Below are positions 53,389 to 64,000 of a stretch of 64,000 nucleotides of DNA, piece by piece. The DNA lies in the NCBI GenBank assembly GCA_015057435.1, contig SVEJ01000007.1:15084-79083 (forward strand), given 5' to 3'. Below the pieces are notes generated by a model. It made no database searches. It saw nothing but the letters and a program-made list of their open reading frames with translations, and was not told the DNA's origin. The stretch is from Lachnospiraceae bacterium. Lineage in GTDB: Bacteria; Bacillota; Clostridia; Lachnospirales; Lachnospiraceae. The position numbers and the translations under genes were made by a program. Each line of letters begins with the position of its first letter. Position 1 is the stretch's first letter.

Positions 53389-53389
53389 T

Positions 53390-54667
53390 TTATTTCTCCT
53401 CCCGATTATTATAATTCATCATAATATTCGCATTTGCACCGATACTTCCTTTTTTATATTTTTTACCGGATGTATTAGCTGATGAATTTTTTGCATTTTC
53501 TGATGGTACATAACTCTTAAGTGAATTGGCTGCATTTTTCTTCATTGCCTGCTGCTTTTCAAGTTCTTTCTTAGCCTCTTCAGATGAATCCATCATTCTC
53601 TCCATAAATGACTTCTTACCACCACGTTTTGCTTTTTTCTTTTCTGCTTTTTCAATCTGTTTCTCAATAAACTTATCCATGTCTAGGTGATCAAAATAGA
53701 AGTTCATACCTAACTGAATAATAATAGATATAAATGCACCCATTGCCCAGTAGATACCGATACCTGCAGGCATTGTAATACAGATTAAAGCTGACATAAC
53801 AGGCATTGTTATCATCATGCTCTTCATCATCGTATCTGCAGTTGCATCTCCACTTTGACCTGTCTTTGCCATCGAAACTTTCATTGATAAAAAGTTACAA
53901 ATGACAGAAACAAGCGGAATCAATAATGCCCATGTAAGACGATATCCCGGTGCTTCCGAAATATTAATGCCTAATGCAAATGAATATATTTCATTGATTT
54001 TATCAATGTTGGACACAAATTGACCATTTAATCCTAATGTTTGAAGCATATCTGTAAGATCAGTTATACCCATATTAGAAATAACATCAATTACATGATC
54101 TGTACCAATTGTTTCTACATCTTTAAATTTACTAATTGCATAAGAAGCAGTTGTAATCTTTTCATCATTAACATAGTTAATCAAAAACTCTTGTGTAGCT
54201 GTGCCCTTTTTATTAAGGATTGCTTCTGCTATTGGAGTATACACATCCTTAATCTTTCCAACATAAGCCGGAATAGACTGAATAACTCTGTAAAGTCCCA
54301 TGATAATAGGAAATTGAATTAACATAGGAAGACATCCACCTGTCATAGAAGTTCCGTATTTATCATATACAGCCTGTAATTCCTGCTGCTGTTTCATCAT
54401 AGAAGCCTCATCTTTTTTACCCTGATACTTCTTTTGAATTTTTTTAATTTCCGGTTGTATTAACGAATTAATCTTCGATGTTTTAGAAGTATGCACATTC
54501 ATTGGTATCAAAATTAATTTTACAATAATTGTAAAAAGAATAATACATACACCAAGATTTGCAACTCCGTTACCATCTGCCAACATGTTATACATGAAAT
54601 CAAGAATCTTACCAAAAATCCAGGCAAAAGGTCCAAGAAGACCTCCCTGTTGTGTCAAAAACATCAA
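53390..54667 (-). CDS. yidC: YidC/Oxa1-family membrane protein insertase with long basic C-terminal tail
   Basis: GGCLPMLIQFPIIMGLYRV and the overall TM pattern fit YidC. Synteny is rnpA-yidD-yidC-jag. Confidence 0.9.
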   Translation of the reverse strand: MMFLTQQGGLLGPFAWIFGKILDFMYNMLADGNGVANLGVCIILFTIIVKLILIPMNVHTSKTSKINSLIQPEIKKIQKKYQGKKDEASMMKQQQELQAVYDKYGTSMTGGCLPMLIQFPIIMGLYRVIQSIPAYVGKIKDVYTPIAEAILNKKGTATQEFLINYVNDEKITTASYAISKFKDVETIGTDHVIDVISNMGITDLTDMLQTLGLNGQFVSNIDKINEIYSFALGINISEAPGYRLTWALLIPLVSVICNFLSMKVSMAKTGQSGDATADTMMKSMMITMPVMSALICITMPAGIGIYWAMGAFISIIIQLGMNFYFDHLDMDKFIEKQIEKAEKKKAKRGGKKSFMERMMDSSEEAKKELEKQQAMKKNAANSLKSYVPSENAKNSSANTSGKKYKKGSIGANANIMMNYNNREEK

Positions 54668-54681
54668 AACAAATTTCCTCC

Positions 54682-54918
54682 TTATTTTTCCTTCCTTTTA
54701 GGAACAGGATCATATCCCCCTTTTGAAAAAGGATTACACCGAAGTATTCTCCATATTGCAAGCATACTACCCTTCCATACACCATGTACTTCTAATGCTT
54801 CGATTGCATAAGAAGAACAACTTGGATAATACTTACATACAGCATGTCCCTTCATTGGAGATATAAATTTCTTATAAAATTTTACGCATGAAATTAAAAT
54901 ATTGCGAAATATATGCAA
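54682..54918 (-). CDS. yidD: membrane protein insertion efficiency factor YidD
   Basis: YKKFISP...CKYYPSCSSYAIEA...HG...RILRCNPF is present. Confidence 0.9.
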   Translation of the reverse strand: MHIFRNILISCVKFYKKFISPMKGHAVCKYYPSCSSYAIEALEVHGVWKGSMLAIWRILRCNPFSKGGYDPVPKRKEK

Positions 54919-54993
54919 TCTTTATCATTCCTTTTTATAAATGTTTTCAAATTATTAAATTATACGATAATATGGAATATAAATGTGCAGATT

Positions 54994-55332
54994 TTATGCA
55001 CGCAGAATATGATGCAGCTTAGCAAGATGAAGAAATGCACTCTCTATATCCCAATAGTTATGTCCTTTAGAATTAACCCTTGCTACCACTACAATATCTT
55101 TACCTGTTAAAATATCATTCTGATGTAAGCGATAGACTTCCCTAATCAATCTGGTGATACGATGTCTGACTACACTGTTGCCAACCTTTTTACTAACAGA
55201 TATCCCAAGTCTGTTAATCTCCAAACCATTGTCTACTATATACATAACAAGGTATTTATTTGCGTAGGATTTACCTCGTTTATATACATTTCCAAATTCT
55301 AAACTGTTCTTTAAAGAAATAAATTGTTTCAT
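54994..55332 (-). CDS. rnpA: ribonuclease P protein component
   Basis: The start is set at ATG 55332 (MKQFISLKNS). The RNR-like motif is KKVGNSVVRHRITRLIRE. It lies downstream of rpmH. Confidence 0.9.
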   Translation of the reverse strand: MKQFISLKNSLEFGNVYKRGKSYANKYLVMYIVDNGLEINRLGISVSKKVGNSVVRHRITRLIREVYRLHQNDILTGKDIVVVARVNSKGHNYWDIESAFLHLAKLHHILRA

Positions 55333-55376
55333 TTTTATACTTTTCCTTAAAAGTAAAAAGGTCACAAATTTGTGAC

Positions 55377-55511
55377 CTATGCTGATAAACGCTTTCTACC
55401 TTTAGCACGTCTTGCGGCCAAAACTTTTCTACCATTAGCTGTGCTCATTCTTTTTCTAAAACCATGAACCTTAGATCTTTGTCTCTTCTTAGGCTGAAAT
55501 GTCATCTTCAT
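55377..55511 (-). CDS. rpmH: 50S ribosomal protein L34
   Basis: [44 protein letters not shown] (44 aa). Confidence 0.95.
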   Translation of the reverse strand: MKMTFQPKKRQRSKVHGFRKRMSTANGRKVLAARRAKGRKRLSA

Positions 55512-55762
55512 TTTCAAATACACCTCCTTCTTTTTGAAAACATCTATCCTATTATATGTAAAAAAGCCTTGTAAGTCAAGCAATTCTTTACCTTTTTTAT
55601 GATAGATTTTTCAAACCACAACATCTTGTATTTCTATTATTTATATACATATTTATTGATTAAATATAGAAAATGTGGACTCTCTAATTCACATAATATT
55701 ACTATAATACGGTATTTTTAATGCATTATAACTATACAATCTCTTTTTCCGTTTACATAATT

Positions 55763-55873
55763 TTATCCACAAAAATGTGTGTAACTTGTGGATAACTATG
55801 TAATTTAGATGTTATTTTCTCCATTTTTTACCGTATTTTCAATGTTTTTTCACTTTAAAACAAGTTATCCACA
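55763..55873. other. oriC upstream DnaA-box cluster (three perfect 9-mers)
   Basis: The boxes are TTATCCACA at 55763-55771, TGTGGATAA at 55787-55795 (inverted) and TTATCCACA at 55865-55873. They lie in the AT-rich rpmH-dnaA spacer. Confidence 0.85.
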
Positions 55874-55987
55874 TCTAATACAAACCACGAAATATAGTAC
55901 TTTTTCCTTGAAAAAAGACAACTTTTAGTGTATGATAATTGAGTATGCGTATGTTTACATATTTATATATAGAAAGGATTAGATTTT

Positions 55988-57361
55988 ATGAGAGAAAACC
56001 TTATAAAACAATGGGATAATATCCTTAATTTATTAGAAATTGAATATGATGTATCACATATGATGATTAATACCTGGATTCGTGCCCTTTCTATAAAAGA
56101 AGTCAATGATACTACTATTGTTCTTACAATGGACCAAAAGCTTGGAAAAAGAGGTATCGAATTTATTGAGAAGAAGATGTATGATATTTATCTTCAATCA
56201 GCAATAGAAGCAACACTTAATCAACCTTTTGAATTAGTATTTATCGTAGAAGGTGAAGAAGTTTCTTCTTATAATAATGAAGATTCTTCCAATTCTGCAG
56301 ATGGACATATTAAGATTGCATTAGAAAAGAGCAATCTTAATCCAAAATATACATTTGAAACTTTTGTCATCGGTGATAATAACCGCCATGCTCATGCAGC
56401 ATGCGTAGCAGTTGCTGAAGAACCTTCATCTGCTTATAATCCTCTTTTCTTATATGGAGGAGCAGGTCTTGGAAAAACACATTTAATGCAGGCAATCGCA
56501 CATCACATTATCACACATAATCCTGATTTAAAAGTACTTTATGTATCAAGTGAAACTTTTACGAATGAAGTAATCGATTCTATTCGTAATAACAAAAGTG
56601 AAGAATTAAGAGCAAAATACAGAAACTTAGATGTTTTATTAATTGATGATATCCAGTTTGTAATTGGTAAAGATTCCACGCAGACAGAATTTTTTAACAC
56701 ATTTAATGATCTTTATAACAGTAATAAACAGATTATTATTTCTTCAGATAAACCACCAAAGGAGATAGAAACATTAGAGGAACGTATGAGAACTCGTCTC
56801 GAATGGGGTGTTCCTGTTGATATTCATGCTCCTGACTATGAAACAAGAATGGCAATTCTTAAGAGAAAAGCTGATATGGATCGTATTATTATATCAGATG
56901 AAATCTTAGATTATATTGCTAAAAATGTTGTTTCTAACATCCGAGAATTAGAAGGTGCTCTCAATAAGGTAAGTGTATATACACGCCTTGAGAATAATAT
57001 GGAAGAATTAACAGTAGAAAAAGCAGAAGATATTCTAAAAGATCTTATTTCTAAGAATACCGTAAAAGAAATCACTGCTGATTTGATAATTAATCTTGTT
57101 GCAGATCATATGGGAATACCTTATAACGATATTATTTCTTCTAAGAGAAGCAAGGATATTGCCATAGCACGTCAGATATCCATGTTATTATGTAGAAAAC
57201 ATCTCGCACATCATTCATTAAAGTTGATTGGTGATGCACTTGGAGGAAGAGATCATTCAACTGTTTTAAGCGGAATTGAAAGAATAGGGCAGATTATGGA
57301 ACAGGATAATAACATTAAGATTGCAGTTGAAGCAATTGATAAGAAGATAAATGTAAGATAA
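55988..57361 (+). CDS. dnaA: chromosomal replication initiator DnaA
   Basis: Walker A is GGAGLGKTHL. The sensor and box VII regions are present, and the C-terminal DNA-binding region is SMLLCRKH...IGDALGGRDHSTVLSG. Confidence 0.97.
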   Translation: MRENLIKQWDNILNLLEIEYDVSHMMINTWIRALSIKEVNDTTIVLTMDQKLGKRGIEFIEKKMYDIYLQSAIEATLNQPFELVFIVEGEEVSSYNNEDSSNSADGHIKIALEKSNLNPKYTFETFVIGDNNRHAHAACVAVAEEPSSAYNPLFLYGGAGLGKTHLMQAIAHHIITHNPDLKVLYVSSETFTNEVIDSIRNNKSEELRAKYRNLDVLLIDDIQFVIGKDSTQTEFFNTFNDLYNSNKQIIISSDKPPKEIETLEERMRTRLEWGVPVDIHAPDYETRMAILKRKADMDRIIISDEILDYIAKNVVSNIRELEGALNKVSVYTRLENNMEELTVEKAEDILKDLISKNTVKEITADLIINLVADHMGIPYNDIISSKRSKDIAIARQISMLLCRKHLAHHSLKLIGDALGGRDHSTVLSGIERIGQIMEQDNNIKIAVEAIDKKINVR

Positions 57362-57476
57362 CTTGTTGATAAGTTGTTATGTGAATGTTTATTAACATAT
57401 TCATTTTCTATTTTTAATAGACTCACATTTTTTATCAACTATTACTTAACAGGCATTACGAAAAATAATTACATTT

Positions 57477-57536
57477 TTATTCACATTAATATTTCTTATA
57501 ATATAAGGCTTTGGACAAGTTTTACACAAATCCACA
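57477..57536. other. dnaA-dnaN spacer with degenerate DnaA boxes (second oriC half, putative unwinding region nearby)
   Basis: TTATTCACA at 57477-57485 has 1 mismatch. TTTTACACA at 57520-57528 and AAATCCACA at 57528-57536 each have 2 mismatches. The surroundings are very AT-rich. Confidence 0.45.
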
Positions 57537-57619
57537 GCCCCTACTACTATTGCTACTAAATATTATTATTTATATGTAGGATGTGAAACCACATTCTAGG
57601 TTGAAAGGAGTTTTACACA

Positions 57620-58726
57620 ATGAAGATTAGTTGTTCTAAACAAGCATTAATGAATGGTATCAATATTGTTTCTAAAGCTGTATCTACTAAGAGTACAATG
57701 ACTAACTTGCAATGCATATTAATTGAATCAAGTCTTAGTGAAATTAGATTAATTGCCAATGATATTGAATTAGGTATTGAGACGATTATTGAAGGTACAA
57801 TTGTTGAAGCAGGTAAGATAGCACTTGATGCAAAATTGTTAAGTGATTATATTAGAAAACTTCCTGATAGTGAAGTTACAATCGAAACCAATGCGAATAA
57901 TATAGCTAATATTCGTTGTGAACGTTCTAAGTTTAATATTCATGGAACTTCAGGGGATGATTTTAATTATCTTCCGGAAGTAGAAAAGAATCGTTATATT
58001 TCTCTTTCACAATTTACATTAAAAGAAGTGATTCGCCAGACAATTTTTAGTATTTCCAGTCAAGAGAATACAAAAATTATGACAGGTGAATTATTTGAAG
58101 TAAGTGGTAATTATCTAAGAGTCGTATCATTAGACGGACACCGTATTTCAATTCGTAAAGTTGAATTGAAAGAAAGTTATGACAGTATGAAAGTAATTAT
58201 TCCGGGTAAAACTTTGAATGATATAAGTAAGATATTAAATGGTGGAGCTGATGATGAAGTACTTTTATATGTAACAGACAGACATATTTTGTTTGAGTTT
58301 GAAAATACCAAAGTTGTTTCACGTCTTTTAGAAGGCGAATTTTATAAGATTGATCAGATGTTGTCTAATGATTATGAAACCAAATTTACGATTAATAAAA
58401 AAGAATTTTTTGATTGTATAGACAGATCGACTTTATTAATTAGTGAATCTGATAAGAAACCAATTATTATGAATATTGAGAATTCAAGCATTTATTTAAA
58501 AATAGATTCTTCTCGTGGAGATTCCATGAATGAAGAAATCGAAATTAAAAAAGAAGGAAAAGATTTGAGAATTGGATTTAATCCAAAATTCCTTATGGAT
58601 GCATTAAGAGTTATTGATGATGAAGAAGTTGATATCTATATGGTGAATGCGAAGTCTCCATGTTTTATTAGAAATGCAGACAACAGCTACATTTATTTAA
58701 TTTTACCTGTAAGTATAGCAGCTTAG
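57620..58726 (+). CDS. dnaN: DNA polymerase III beta sliding clamp
   Basis: The 368-aa protein lies downstream of dnaA and shows a beta-clamp pattern throughout (e.g. LEGEFYKIDQ, GFNPKFLMDAL). Confidence 0.95.
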   Translation: MKISCSKQALMNGINIVSKAVSTKSTMTNLQCILIESSLSEIRLIANDIELGIETIIEGTIVEAGKIALDAKLLSDYIRKLPDSEVTIETNANNIANIRCERSKFNIHGTSGDDFNYLPEVEKNRYISLSQFTLKEVIRQTIFSISSQENTKIMTGELFEVSGNYLRVVSLDGHRISIRKVELKESYDSMKVIIPGKTLNDISKILNGGADDEVLLYVTDRHILFEFENTKVVSRLLEGEFYKIDQMLSNDYETKFTINKKEFFDCIDRSTLLISESDKKPIIMNIENSSIYLKIDSSRGDSMNEEIEIKKEGKDLRIGFNPKFLMDALRVIDDEEVDIYMVNAKSPCFIRNADNSYIYLILPVSIAA

Positions 58727-58738
58727 GAGGATTAGAAT

Positions 58739-59131
58739 ATGCAAGAAAACAAAGAATTAGATAAAGACACAATAGAAGAAATATCAGAAAAAACAGCAGA
58801 TGAGAATGTAGAAAATGATCAAGAACAAGAAGAATCAGAATATTATTTTACTGCTGCTGATTTAAGAAAACAGCAAAAGAGAGCAGAAAAACGAAGAAAA
58901 CAAGTAGAAAAAGAGGAAAAACTTCGTAAGCGTAATGTGAGCAGAATGTATAAAAGTTCTGCTGTAATAGCAGTTTTTGCAGGAATTATGCAGATTATAA
59001 TGGGGCTTCCAAAAGAAGACGGAATGACGAACATTATGCTTGGTGCTACATTTATATGTTGTGGATATCTTTTCTATACGATGGGTGTTAAGGTTGATAA
59101 AGACAAGAAAAAAGAGGAAGAGAATCGTTAA
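58739..59131 (+). CDS. hypothetical protein: acidic/basic charged N-half, two C-terminal TM segments
   Basis: The 130-aa ORF has GGAGG upstream. The TMs are SAVIAVFAGIMQIIMG and IMLGATFICCGYLFYTMG. It is inserted between dnaN and yaaA. Confidence 0.5.
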   Translation: MQENKELDKDTIEEISEKTADENVENDQEQEESEYYFTAADLRKQQKRAEKRRKQVEKEEKLRKRNVSRMYKSSAVIAVFAGIMQIIMGLPKEDGMTNIMLGATFICCGYLFYTMGVKVDKDKKKEEENR

Positions 59132-59133
59132 TT

Positions 59134-59349
59134 ATGGAAATATTAAAATTAAGAGAAAAAGATGAATTTATTAATATTAGTCAATTGTTAAAAGCGATGA
59201 ACCTTGTAGAATCCGGAGCAATGGCAAAAGAAGTGATCGATGAAGGTCTTGTTAAAGTGGATGGGGAAGTAGAATCAAGATATCGCAGAAAGTTATATGA
59301 TGGTATGGTTGTAGAGTTTGAAGGAGAATCTATTCAGGTTGTAAAATAA
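59134..59349 (+). CDS. yaaA: S4-domain RNA-binding protein YaaA
   Basis: The 71-aa protein has a GxxK..I..G.V.V.G motif (AMAKEVIDEGLVKVDGE) and lies immediately before recF. Confidence 0.85.
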   Translation: MEILKLREKDEFINISQLLKAMNLVESGAMAKEVIDEGLVKVDGEVESRYRRKLYDGMVVEFEGESIQVVK

Positions 59350-59350
59350 T

Positions 59351-60442
59351 ATGTATATTCATTTACTAGAACTTAGTAATTATAGAAATTATAAGCAATT
59401 ATCTATTGAATTTTCAAAAGGAATTACAATTCTTTATGGAGATAATGCGCAGGGAAAGACAAATATATTAGAGGCAATCTATTTATCCGGAACTACGAAA
59501 TCTCACAGAGGAACCAAGGATAAGGATATTATACAATTTGGAAAGGATGAATCTCATATTCGTGTTCATGTGATGAAACATGAAGTGGGACATCGCATTG
59601 ATATACATCTTCGTAAGAATAAATCAAAAGGTGTTGCTATCAATGGACAAAGTATCAAAAAAAGTGGAGAATTATTTGGAATATCACATATGATATTTTT
59701 TTCACCGGAAGACCTTAGTATTATAAAAAACGGTCCTTCTGAAAGAAGAAAATTCATGAATCTTGAACTTTGTCAACTTAATAAGATTTATCATTATAAT
59801 TATGTGAATTATAACAAAGCTTTGAATCAGAGAAATACGCTTTTAAAACAGATTTTTTATAAGCCTGATTTGAAGGATACATTGGATATGTGGGATTTGT
59901 ATTTGTTAGAATATGGAAAGAATATTATAGAACAAAGAGAATCTTTCATAAAAGAATTGAATGAGATTGTTAAAAAAATACATTTTCATTTAACAGGAGA
60001 AAAAGAATCTATAGAAATTGGATACGAAAAAAATGTATCTATTGAAGAATATGAAAAACAAATGTTATTAAAAAGAGATATGGATTTGAAATATCAGACA
60101 ACACAGGTAGGTCCACATAGAGATGATATTTGTTTTTATATAAATGGAATAGATGTTAGAAAGTTTGGTTCGCAAGGACAGCAAAGAACTGCTGCTCTAT
60201 CTTTAAAATTAGCTGAGATAGAGTTAGTAAAAAAGATGATACACGATACACCGATTCTTTTATTAGATGATGTAATGAGTGAATTAGACAGTAATAGAAA
60301 GGCATATTTATTAGATAGTATCAAAGATGTTCAAACCATTGTAACTTGTACAGGTTATGATGATTTTATAAAGTCAAGATTAAGAATTGATCAGATTTAT
60401 AAAGTAACGAACGGAAATGTAGAGTTATTAAAAACATTTTAG
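59351..60442 (+). CDS. recF: DNA replication/repair protein RecF
   Basis: Walker A is GDNAQGKTNILEA. The signature is GSQGQQRTAALSLKLAE and Walker B is LLLDDVMSELD. Confidence 0.95.
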   Translation: MYIHLLELSNYRNYKQLSIEFSKGITILYGDNAQGKTNILEAIYLSGTTKSHRGTKDKDIIQFGKDESHIRVHVMKHEVGHRIDIHLRKNKSKGVAINGQSIKKSGELFGISHMIFFSPEDLSIIKNGPSERRKFMNLELCQLNKIYHYNYVNYNKALNQRNTLLKQIFYKPDLKDTLDMWDLYLLEYGKNIIEQRESFIKELNEIVKKIHFHLTGEKESIEIGYEKNVSIEEYEKQMLLKRDMDLKYQTTQVGPHRDDICFYINGIDVRKFGSQGQQRTAALSLKLAEIELVKKMIHDTPILLLDDVMSELDSNRKAYLLDSIKDVQTIVTCTGYDDFIKSRLRIDQIYKVTNGNVELLKTF

Positions 60443-60472
60443 ATTTTTGTTCAAAGAATTAGGAGGAAAAAA

Positions 60473-62395
60473 ATGGGTAAGAAGGTAGAACAAGAATATG
60501 GTGCCGATCAGATTACAATCCTCGAAGGATTGGAAGCGGTTCGTAAAAGACCTGGTATGTATATAGGTACAACCTCTGAAAAAGGTTTGCATCACTTGGT
60601 ATACGAAATTGTGGATAATGCGGTAGATGAAGCATTAGCCGGATATTGTGATGAAATTAAAGTTATTATCAACAAGGATAATTCTGTTACTGTTATCGAT
60701 AATGGTCGTGGTATTCCAACCGGTATCCAGGAAAAAGCAGGAATTCCGGCAGTTGATGTTGTATTTACTATGCTTCATGCCGGTGGTAAGTTTGGTGATG
60801 GTGGATATAAGGTATCCGGAGGTCTTCACGGTGTAGGTGCTTCTGTAGTTAATGCATTATCAGATTGGTTAGAGGTTGAAATTTGCCGTGAAGGTAAGAT
60901 ACATAAGCAAAGATATGAACAAGGTAAGGTAATTCAGCCTTTAGAAATTACAGGCAATACAAGAAAGCATGGTACGAAAGTAACATTTATGCCGGATGCT
61001 ACGATTTTCGAAACATTGAATTTTGATTTTGATACGTTAAGAAATCGTCTTCGTGAGATGGCATTTTTAACAAAAGGTCTCAAGATTACTCTATCGGACA
61101 AGCGTGCAGGTAAAGAAAAAGAAAGAGAATTCTACTACGAAGGTGGTATTAAGGAATTTGTTGAATATATTAACCGTCACAAAGATGCTTTGTATGATAA
61201 GGTCATCTATTGTGAAGGTGAAAAAGATGGTGTATTAGTTGAGGTTGCATTACAACATAATAGTTCTTATTCAGAATCTGTATATACTTTTGTTAATAAT
61301 ATCGGAACAACAGAAGGTGGTACACATTTAACAGGATTTAGAACTGCTATCAACAAAGTATTCAATGATTATGCCCGTAACAATAAAATGTTAAAGGATA
61401 ATGAGGATAACTTATCTGGTGATGACTTAAGAGAAGGTCTTGCTGCAATTGTAAGTATCAAAGTAGGAGATCCACAGTTTGAAAGTCAGACAAAGATTAA
61501 GCTTGGTAACTCTGAAGCAAGAACAGCTGTTGATAATGTATTAACAGAACAATTAACGATTTTCCTAGAGTTAAATCCAAAGATTGCTAAGACAATTATT
61601 AATAAGGCAATTCAGGCACAACGTGCAAGAATTGCAGCTCGTAAAGCAAGAGATGTAGCCAGAAAATCTACTTTGGATAGTTCTATGGCATTACCGGGTA
61701 AGCTTGCAGACTGTTCTGATAAGAATCCTGAGAATTGTGAAATTTATCTTGTAGAGGGAGATTCTGCGGGAGGTTCTGCAAAGACTGCTCGTTCCCGTGC
61801 AACACAGGCAATTCTTCCGCTTCGTGGTAAGATTTTGAATGTAGAAAAAGCAAGAATTGATAAGATTCTCGGTAATGAAGAAATCAAAGCAATGATTACT
61901 GCATTTGGTACAGGTATTCATGAAAACTTTGATATTAGTAAACTTCGTTATCACAAGATTATTATTATGACTGATGCGGACGTTGACGGTGCACACATTG
62001 CAACTTTGATGTTAACTTTCTTCTATCGTTTTATGCCGGAATTGATTCGTCAAGGTCATGTGTATCTTGCACAGCCACCTCTTTATAAGTTAGAGAAGAA
62101 TAAAAAAGTCTGGTATGCTTATAGTGATGATGAGTTGAATAAGATTTTATCAGAAGTTGGACGTGATCAGAATAATAAGATTCAGCGATACAAAGGTCTT
62201 GGAGAGATGGATGCAAAACAGCTTTGGGATACAACAATGGATCCGGAAAGCAGAGTATTGCTTCGTGTATCAATTGGTGATGAGAATGAGTCAGAAGTAG
62301 ACTTAACATTTAGCACACTTATGGGTGATAAGGTTGAGCCAAGACGTGAGTTTATCGAAGAAAATGCGAAGTTCGTTAAAAATCTTGATATATAA
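60473..62395 (+). CDS. gyrB: DNA gyrase subunit B
   Basis: [14 protein letters not shown], the GHKL ATPase domain, the Toprim motif [14 protein letters not shown] and [12 protein letters not shown] are present. Confidence 0.97.
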   Translation: MGKKVEQEYGADQITILEGLEAVRKRPGMYIGTTSEKGLHHLVYEIVDNAVDEALAGYCDEIKVIINKDNSVTVIDNGRGIPTGIQEKAGIPAVDVVFTMLHAGGKFGDGGYKVSGGLHGVGASVVNALSDWLEVEICREGKIHKQRYEQGKVIQPLEITGNTRKHGTKVTFMPDATIFETLNFDFDTLRNRLREMAFLTKGLKITLSDKRAGKEKEREFYYEGGIKEFVEYINRHKDALYDKVIYCEGEKDGVLVEVALQHNSSYSESVYTFVNNIGTTEGGTHLTGFRTAINKVFNDYARNNKMLKDNEDNLSGDDLREGLAAIVSIKVGDPQFESQTKIKLGNSEARTAVDNVLTEQLTIFLELNPKIAKTIINKAIQAQRARIAARKARDVARKSTLDSSMALPGKLADCSDKNPENCEIYLVEGDSAGGSAKTARSRATQAILPLRGKILNVEKARIDKILGNEEIKAMITAFGTGIHENFDISKLRYHKIIIMTDADVDGAHIATLMLTFFYRFMPELIRQGHVYLAQPPLYKLEKNKKVWYAYSDDELNKILSEVGRDQNNKIQRYKGLGEMDAKQLWDTTMDPESRVLLRVSIGDENESEVDLTFSTLMGDKVEPRREFIEENAKFVKNLDI

Positions 62396-62414
62396 TTAAG
62401 GGAAGGAGACAACA

Positions 62415-64000
62415 ATGGAAGAGAATATTTTTGATAAAGTAAATGAAGTCGACCTGAAGAAAACCATGGAAAATTATTACATTGATTATGCCATGAGTGT
62501 TATTACTTCCCGTGCTCTACCGGATGTAAGAGATGGTTTGAAACCGGTACAAAGAAGAATTCTGTATTCAATGATTGAGTTGAATAACGGTCCGGATAAG
62601 CCACATCGTAAATGTGCCCGTATTGTCGGTGATACCATGGGTAAATATCACCCACATGGTGATAGTTCAATCTACGATGCATTAGTAAAACTTGCGCAGG
62701 AATGGAATACAAGATATCCTCTTGTAGACGGACATGGAAACTTTGGTTCCGTGGATGGTGATAGTGCAGCTGCGATGCGATATACAGAAGCAAGATTATC
62801 TAAGATTTCTATGGAAATGTTAGCAGATATCAATAAAGATACAGTTGATTTTGCACCAAACTTTGATGAGACGGAAAAAGAGCCTGTTGTTATGCCAGCT
62901 CGCTATCCTAATCTCTTAGTAAATGGTACGGGTGGTATTGCGGTAGGTATGGCAACTAATATTCCTCCACACAACCTTCGTGAAATTATTGGTGCAGTAG
63001 TGAAGATTATTGATAACCATGTACTAGAAGATAGAAAAACAGAAATCGATGAGATTATGGAAATTGTAAAAGGTCCTGATTTCCCAACAGGCGCAACAAT
63101 TCTTGGTCATCAGGGTATTGAGGATGCTTATCGTACCGGTCGTGGTAAGATTAAGATTCGTTCTGTGACAGATATTGAACCGATGGCGAATGGTAAACAA
63201 AGAATTGTTGTAACCGAACTTCCATACATGGTGAATAAGGCTCGTTTGATTCAGAATATTGCAAATCTTGTAAAAGAAAAGAAGGTTGAAGGTATTGCGG
63301 AACTTCGTGATGAGTCTTCAAGAGAAGGTATGCGTATTGCAATTGAGTTAAAGAGAGATACCAATGCAAATGTTGTATTGAATCAGTTATACAAGCATAC
63401 ACAGTTACAGGATAGCTTTGGTGTAATCTTACTTGCTTTGGTTAATGGTGAACCAAAAGTATTAAATCTTCTTGAGATGTTAGAGCATTATCTCGATCAT
63501 CAAAAGGATGTTATTACAAGACGTACGAAGTTTGAATTGAATAAAGCAGAAGAACGTGCTCACATTTTACAAGGATTATTAATTGCACTTGATAATATTG
63601 ACCGTGTAATTGAAATTATCCGTGGTTCTAAAAATGTAGCAGAAGCAAAAGCAAGCTTAATAGAAGAATTTACTCTTTCAGAAGCACAGGCAAGTGCTAT
63701 TGTAGAGATGCGTCTTCGCGCTCTTACCGGTTTGGAAAGAGAAAAGCTTGAGAATGAGTATCGTGAATTAATGGAAAGAATTGCTGAATTAAAAGCAATC
63801 CTTGCTGACGAGAAGAAATTATTAGGCGTAATCAAAGAAGAAATTATGATTACAGCTACCAAATATGGTGATGACAGAAGAACACAGATTGGTTTTGATG
63901 ATGATGATATTACCATTGAAGATTTAATCAAGAAAGAGAATACTGTAATTAGTATGACAAAACTTGGTTATATTAAGAGAATGTCTGTTGATAACTTCCG
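62415..64000 (+). CDS. gyrA: DNA gyrase subunit A (N-terminal ~528 aa; continues beyond window)
   Basis: Absent from the track because the ORF is open-ended. My translation from ATG 62415 is [53 protein letters not shown]... A GGAAGGAG SD lies upstream. Confidence 0.95.
   Translation, partial: MEENIFDKVNEVDLKKTMENYYIDYAMSVITSRALPDVRDGLKPVQRRILYSMIELNNGPDKPHRKCARIVGDTMGKYHPHGDSSIYDALVKLAQEWNTRYPLVDGHGNFGSVDGDSAAAMRYTEARLSKISMEMLADINKDTVDFAPNFDETEKEPVVMPARYPNLLVNGTGGIAVGMATNIPPHNLREIIGAVVKIIDNHVLEDRKTEIDEIMEIVKGPDFPTGATILGHQGIEDAYRTGRGKIKIRSVTDIEPMANGKQRIVVTELPYMVNKARLIQNIANLVKEKKVEGIAELRDESSREGMRIAIELKRDTNANVVLNQLYKHTQLQDSFGVILLALVNGEPKVLNLLEMLEHYLDHQKDVITRRTKFELNKAEERAHILQGLLIALDNIDRVIEIIRGSKNVAEAKASLIEEFTLSEAQASAIVEMRLRALTGLEREKLENEYRELMERIAELKAILADEKKLLGVIKEEIMITATKYGDDRRTQIGFDDDDITIEDLIKKENTVISMTKLGYIKRMSVDNF

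Noticed and set aside
1-64000. CRISPR arrays, rRNA operons, IS elements, transposases, integrases, prophage genes and recognisable defence systems such as restriction-modification or Cas.
   Set aside because: None of the ORF translations shows transposase, integrase, Cas or restriction-methylase signatures. No regularly spaced short direct repeats were seen. The only repeats found are those reported as features.

Overview
This window looks like the replication-origin region of an AT-rich Firmicutes (Clostridia-like) chromosome. All calls come from reading the sequence and ORF translations by eye; no searches or computations were run.

Right third:
- The minus strand carries rpmH-rnpA-yidD-yidC-jag-mnmE-(lipoprotein)-mnmG-(GNAT)-(small ORF + GNAT-toxin-like)-rsmG.
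- A bipartite oriC with perfect TTATCCACA DnaA boxes flanks dnaA.
- The plus strand carries dnaA-dnaN-(small membrane ORF)-yaaA-recF-gyrB-gyrA; gyrA runs off the window.

Middle (35.2-46.4 kb):
- A plus-strand block, head-on to the leftward fork, holds a PBP5-type carboxypeptidase, a DegS-like soluble kinase, argS, pyrC, parA, parB, DUF4446-like, DUF3881-like, tRNA-Arg(CCU), a membrane coiled-coil protein and a DEDDh exonuclease.
- Five parS-type sites cluster around parAB.

Left half:
- trmB.
- A large repeat-rich surface protein with a DnaJ-like 4x CxxC tail.
- A hisA-like/YfhO/hybrid-kinase operon.
- A complete Tad/Flp pilus locus (16.1-25.0 kb).
- An AT-rich operon (11.8-15.8 kb) for a secreted Cys/Lys-rich protein plus a MacB/FtsX-type ABC transporter, preceded by a 14-nt G:C homopolymer abutting a TATAAT box.
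- capA, then a flavodoxin-SCP2 fusion followed by dnaX-ybaB-recR, then pfkA.
- Two unknown genes, an orphan LytTR response regulator and a truncated BMP-family gene.

Most interesting non-standard signals:
1. The G14 tract as a possible phase switch for the secreted-protein/ABC operon.
2. Two same-orientation copies of a ~138-nt rod-like element with a compensatory 3-bp stem change, bracketing recR-ybaB-dnaX-flavodoxin.
3. A two-gene cassette (50-aa protein + TacT-like GNAT) inserted into the normally tight mnmG-rsmG junction.
4. The parS array, including three sites inside the parA-parB spacer.
5. A Tad pseudopilin with a duplicated His/Cys3 module.

No CRISPR array, rRNA, transposase or integrase was recognised.
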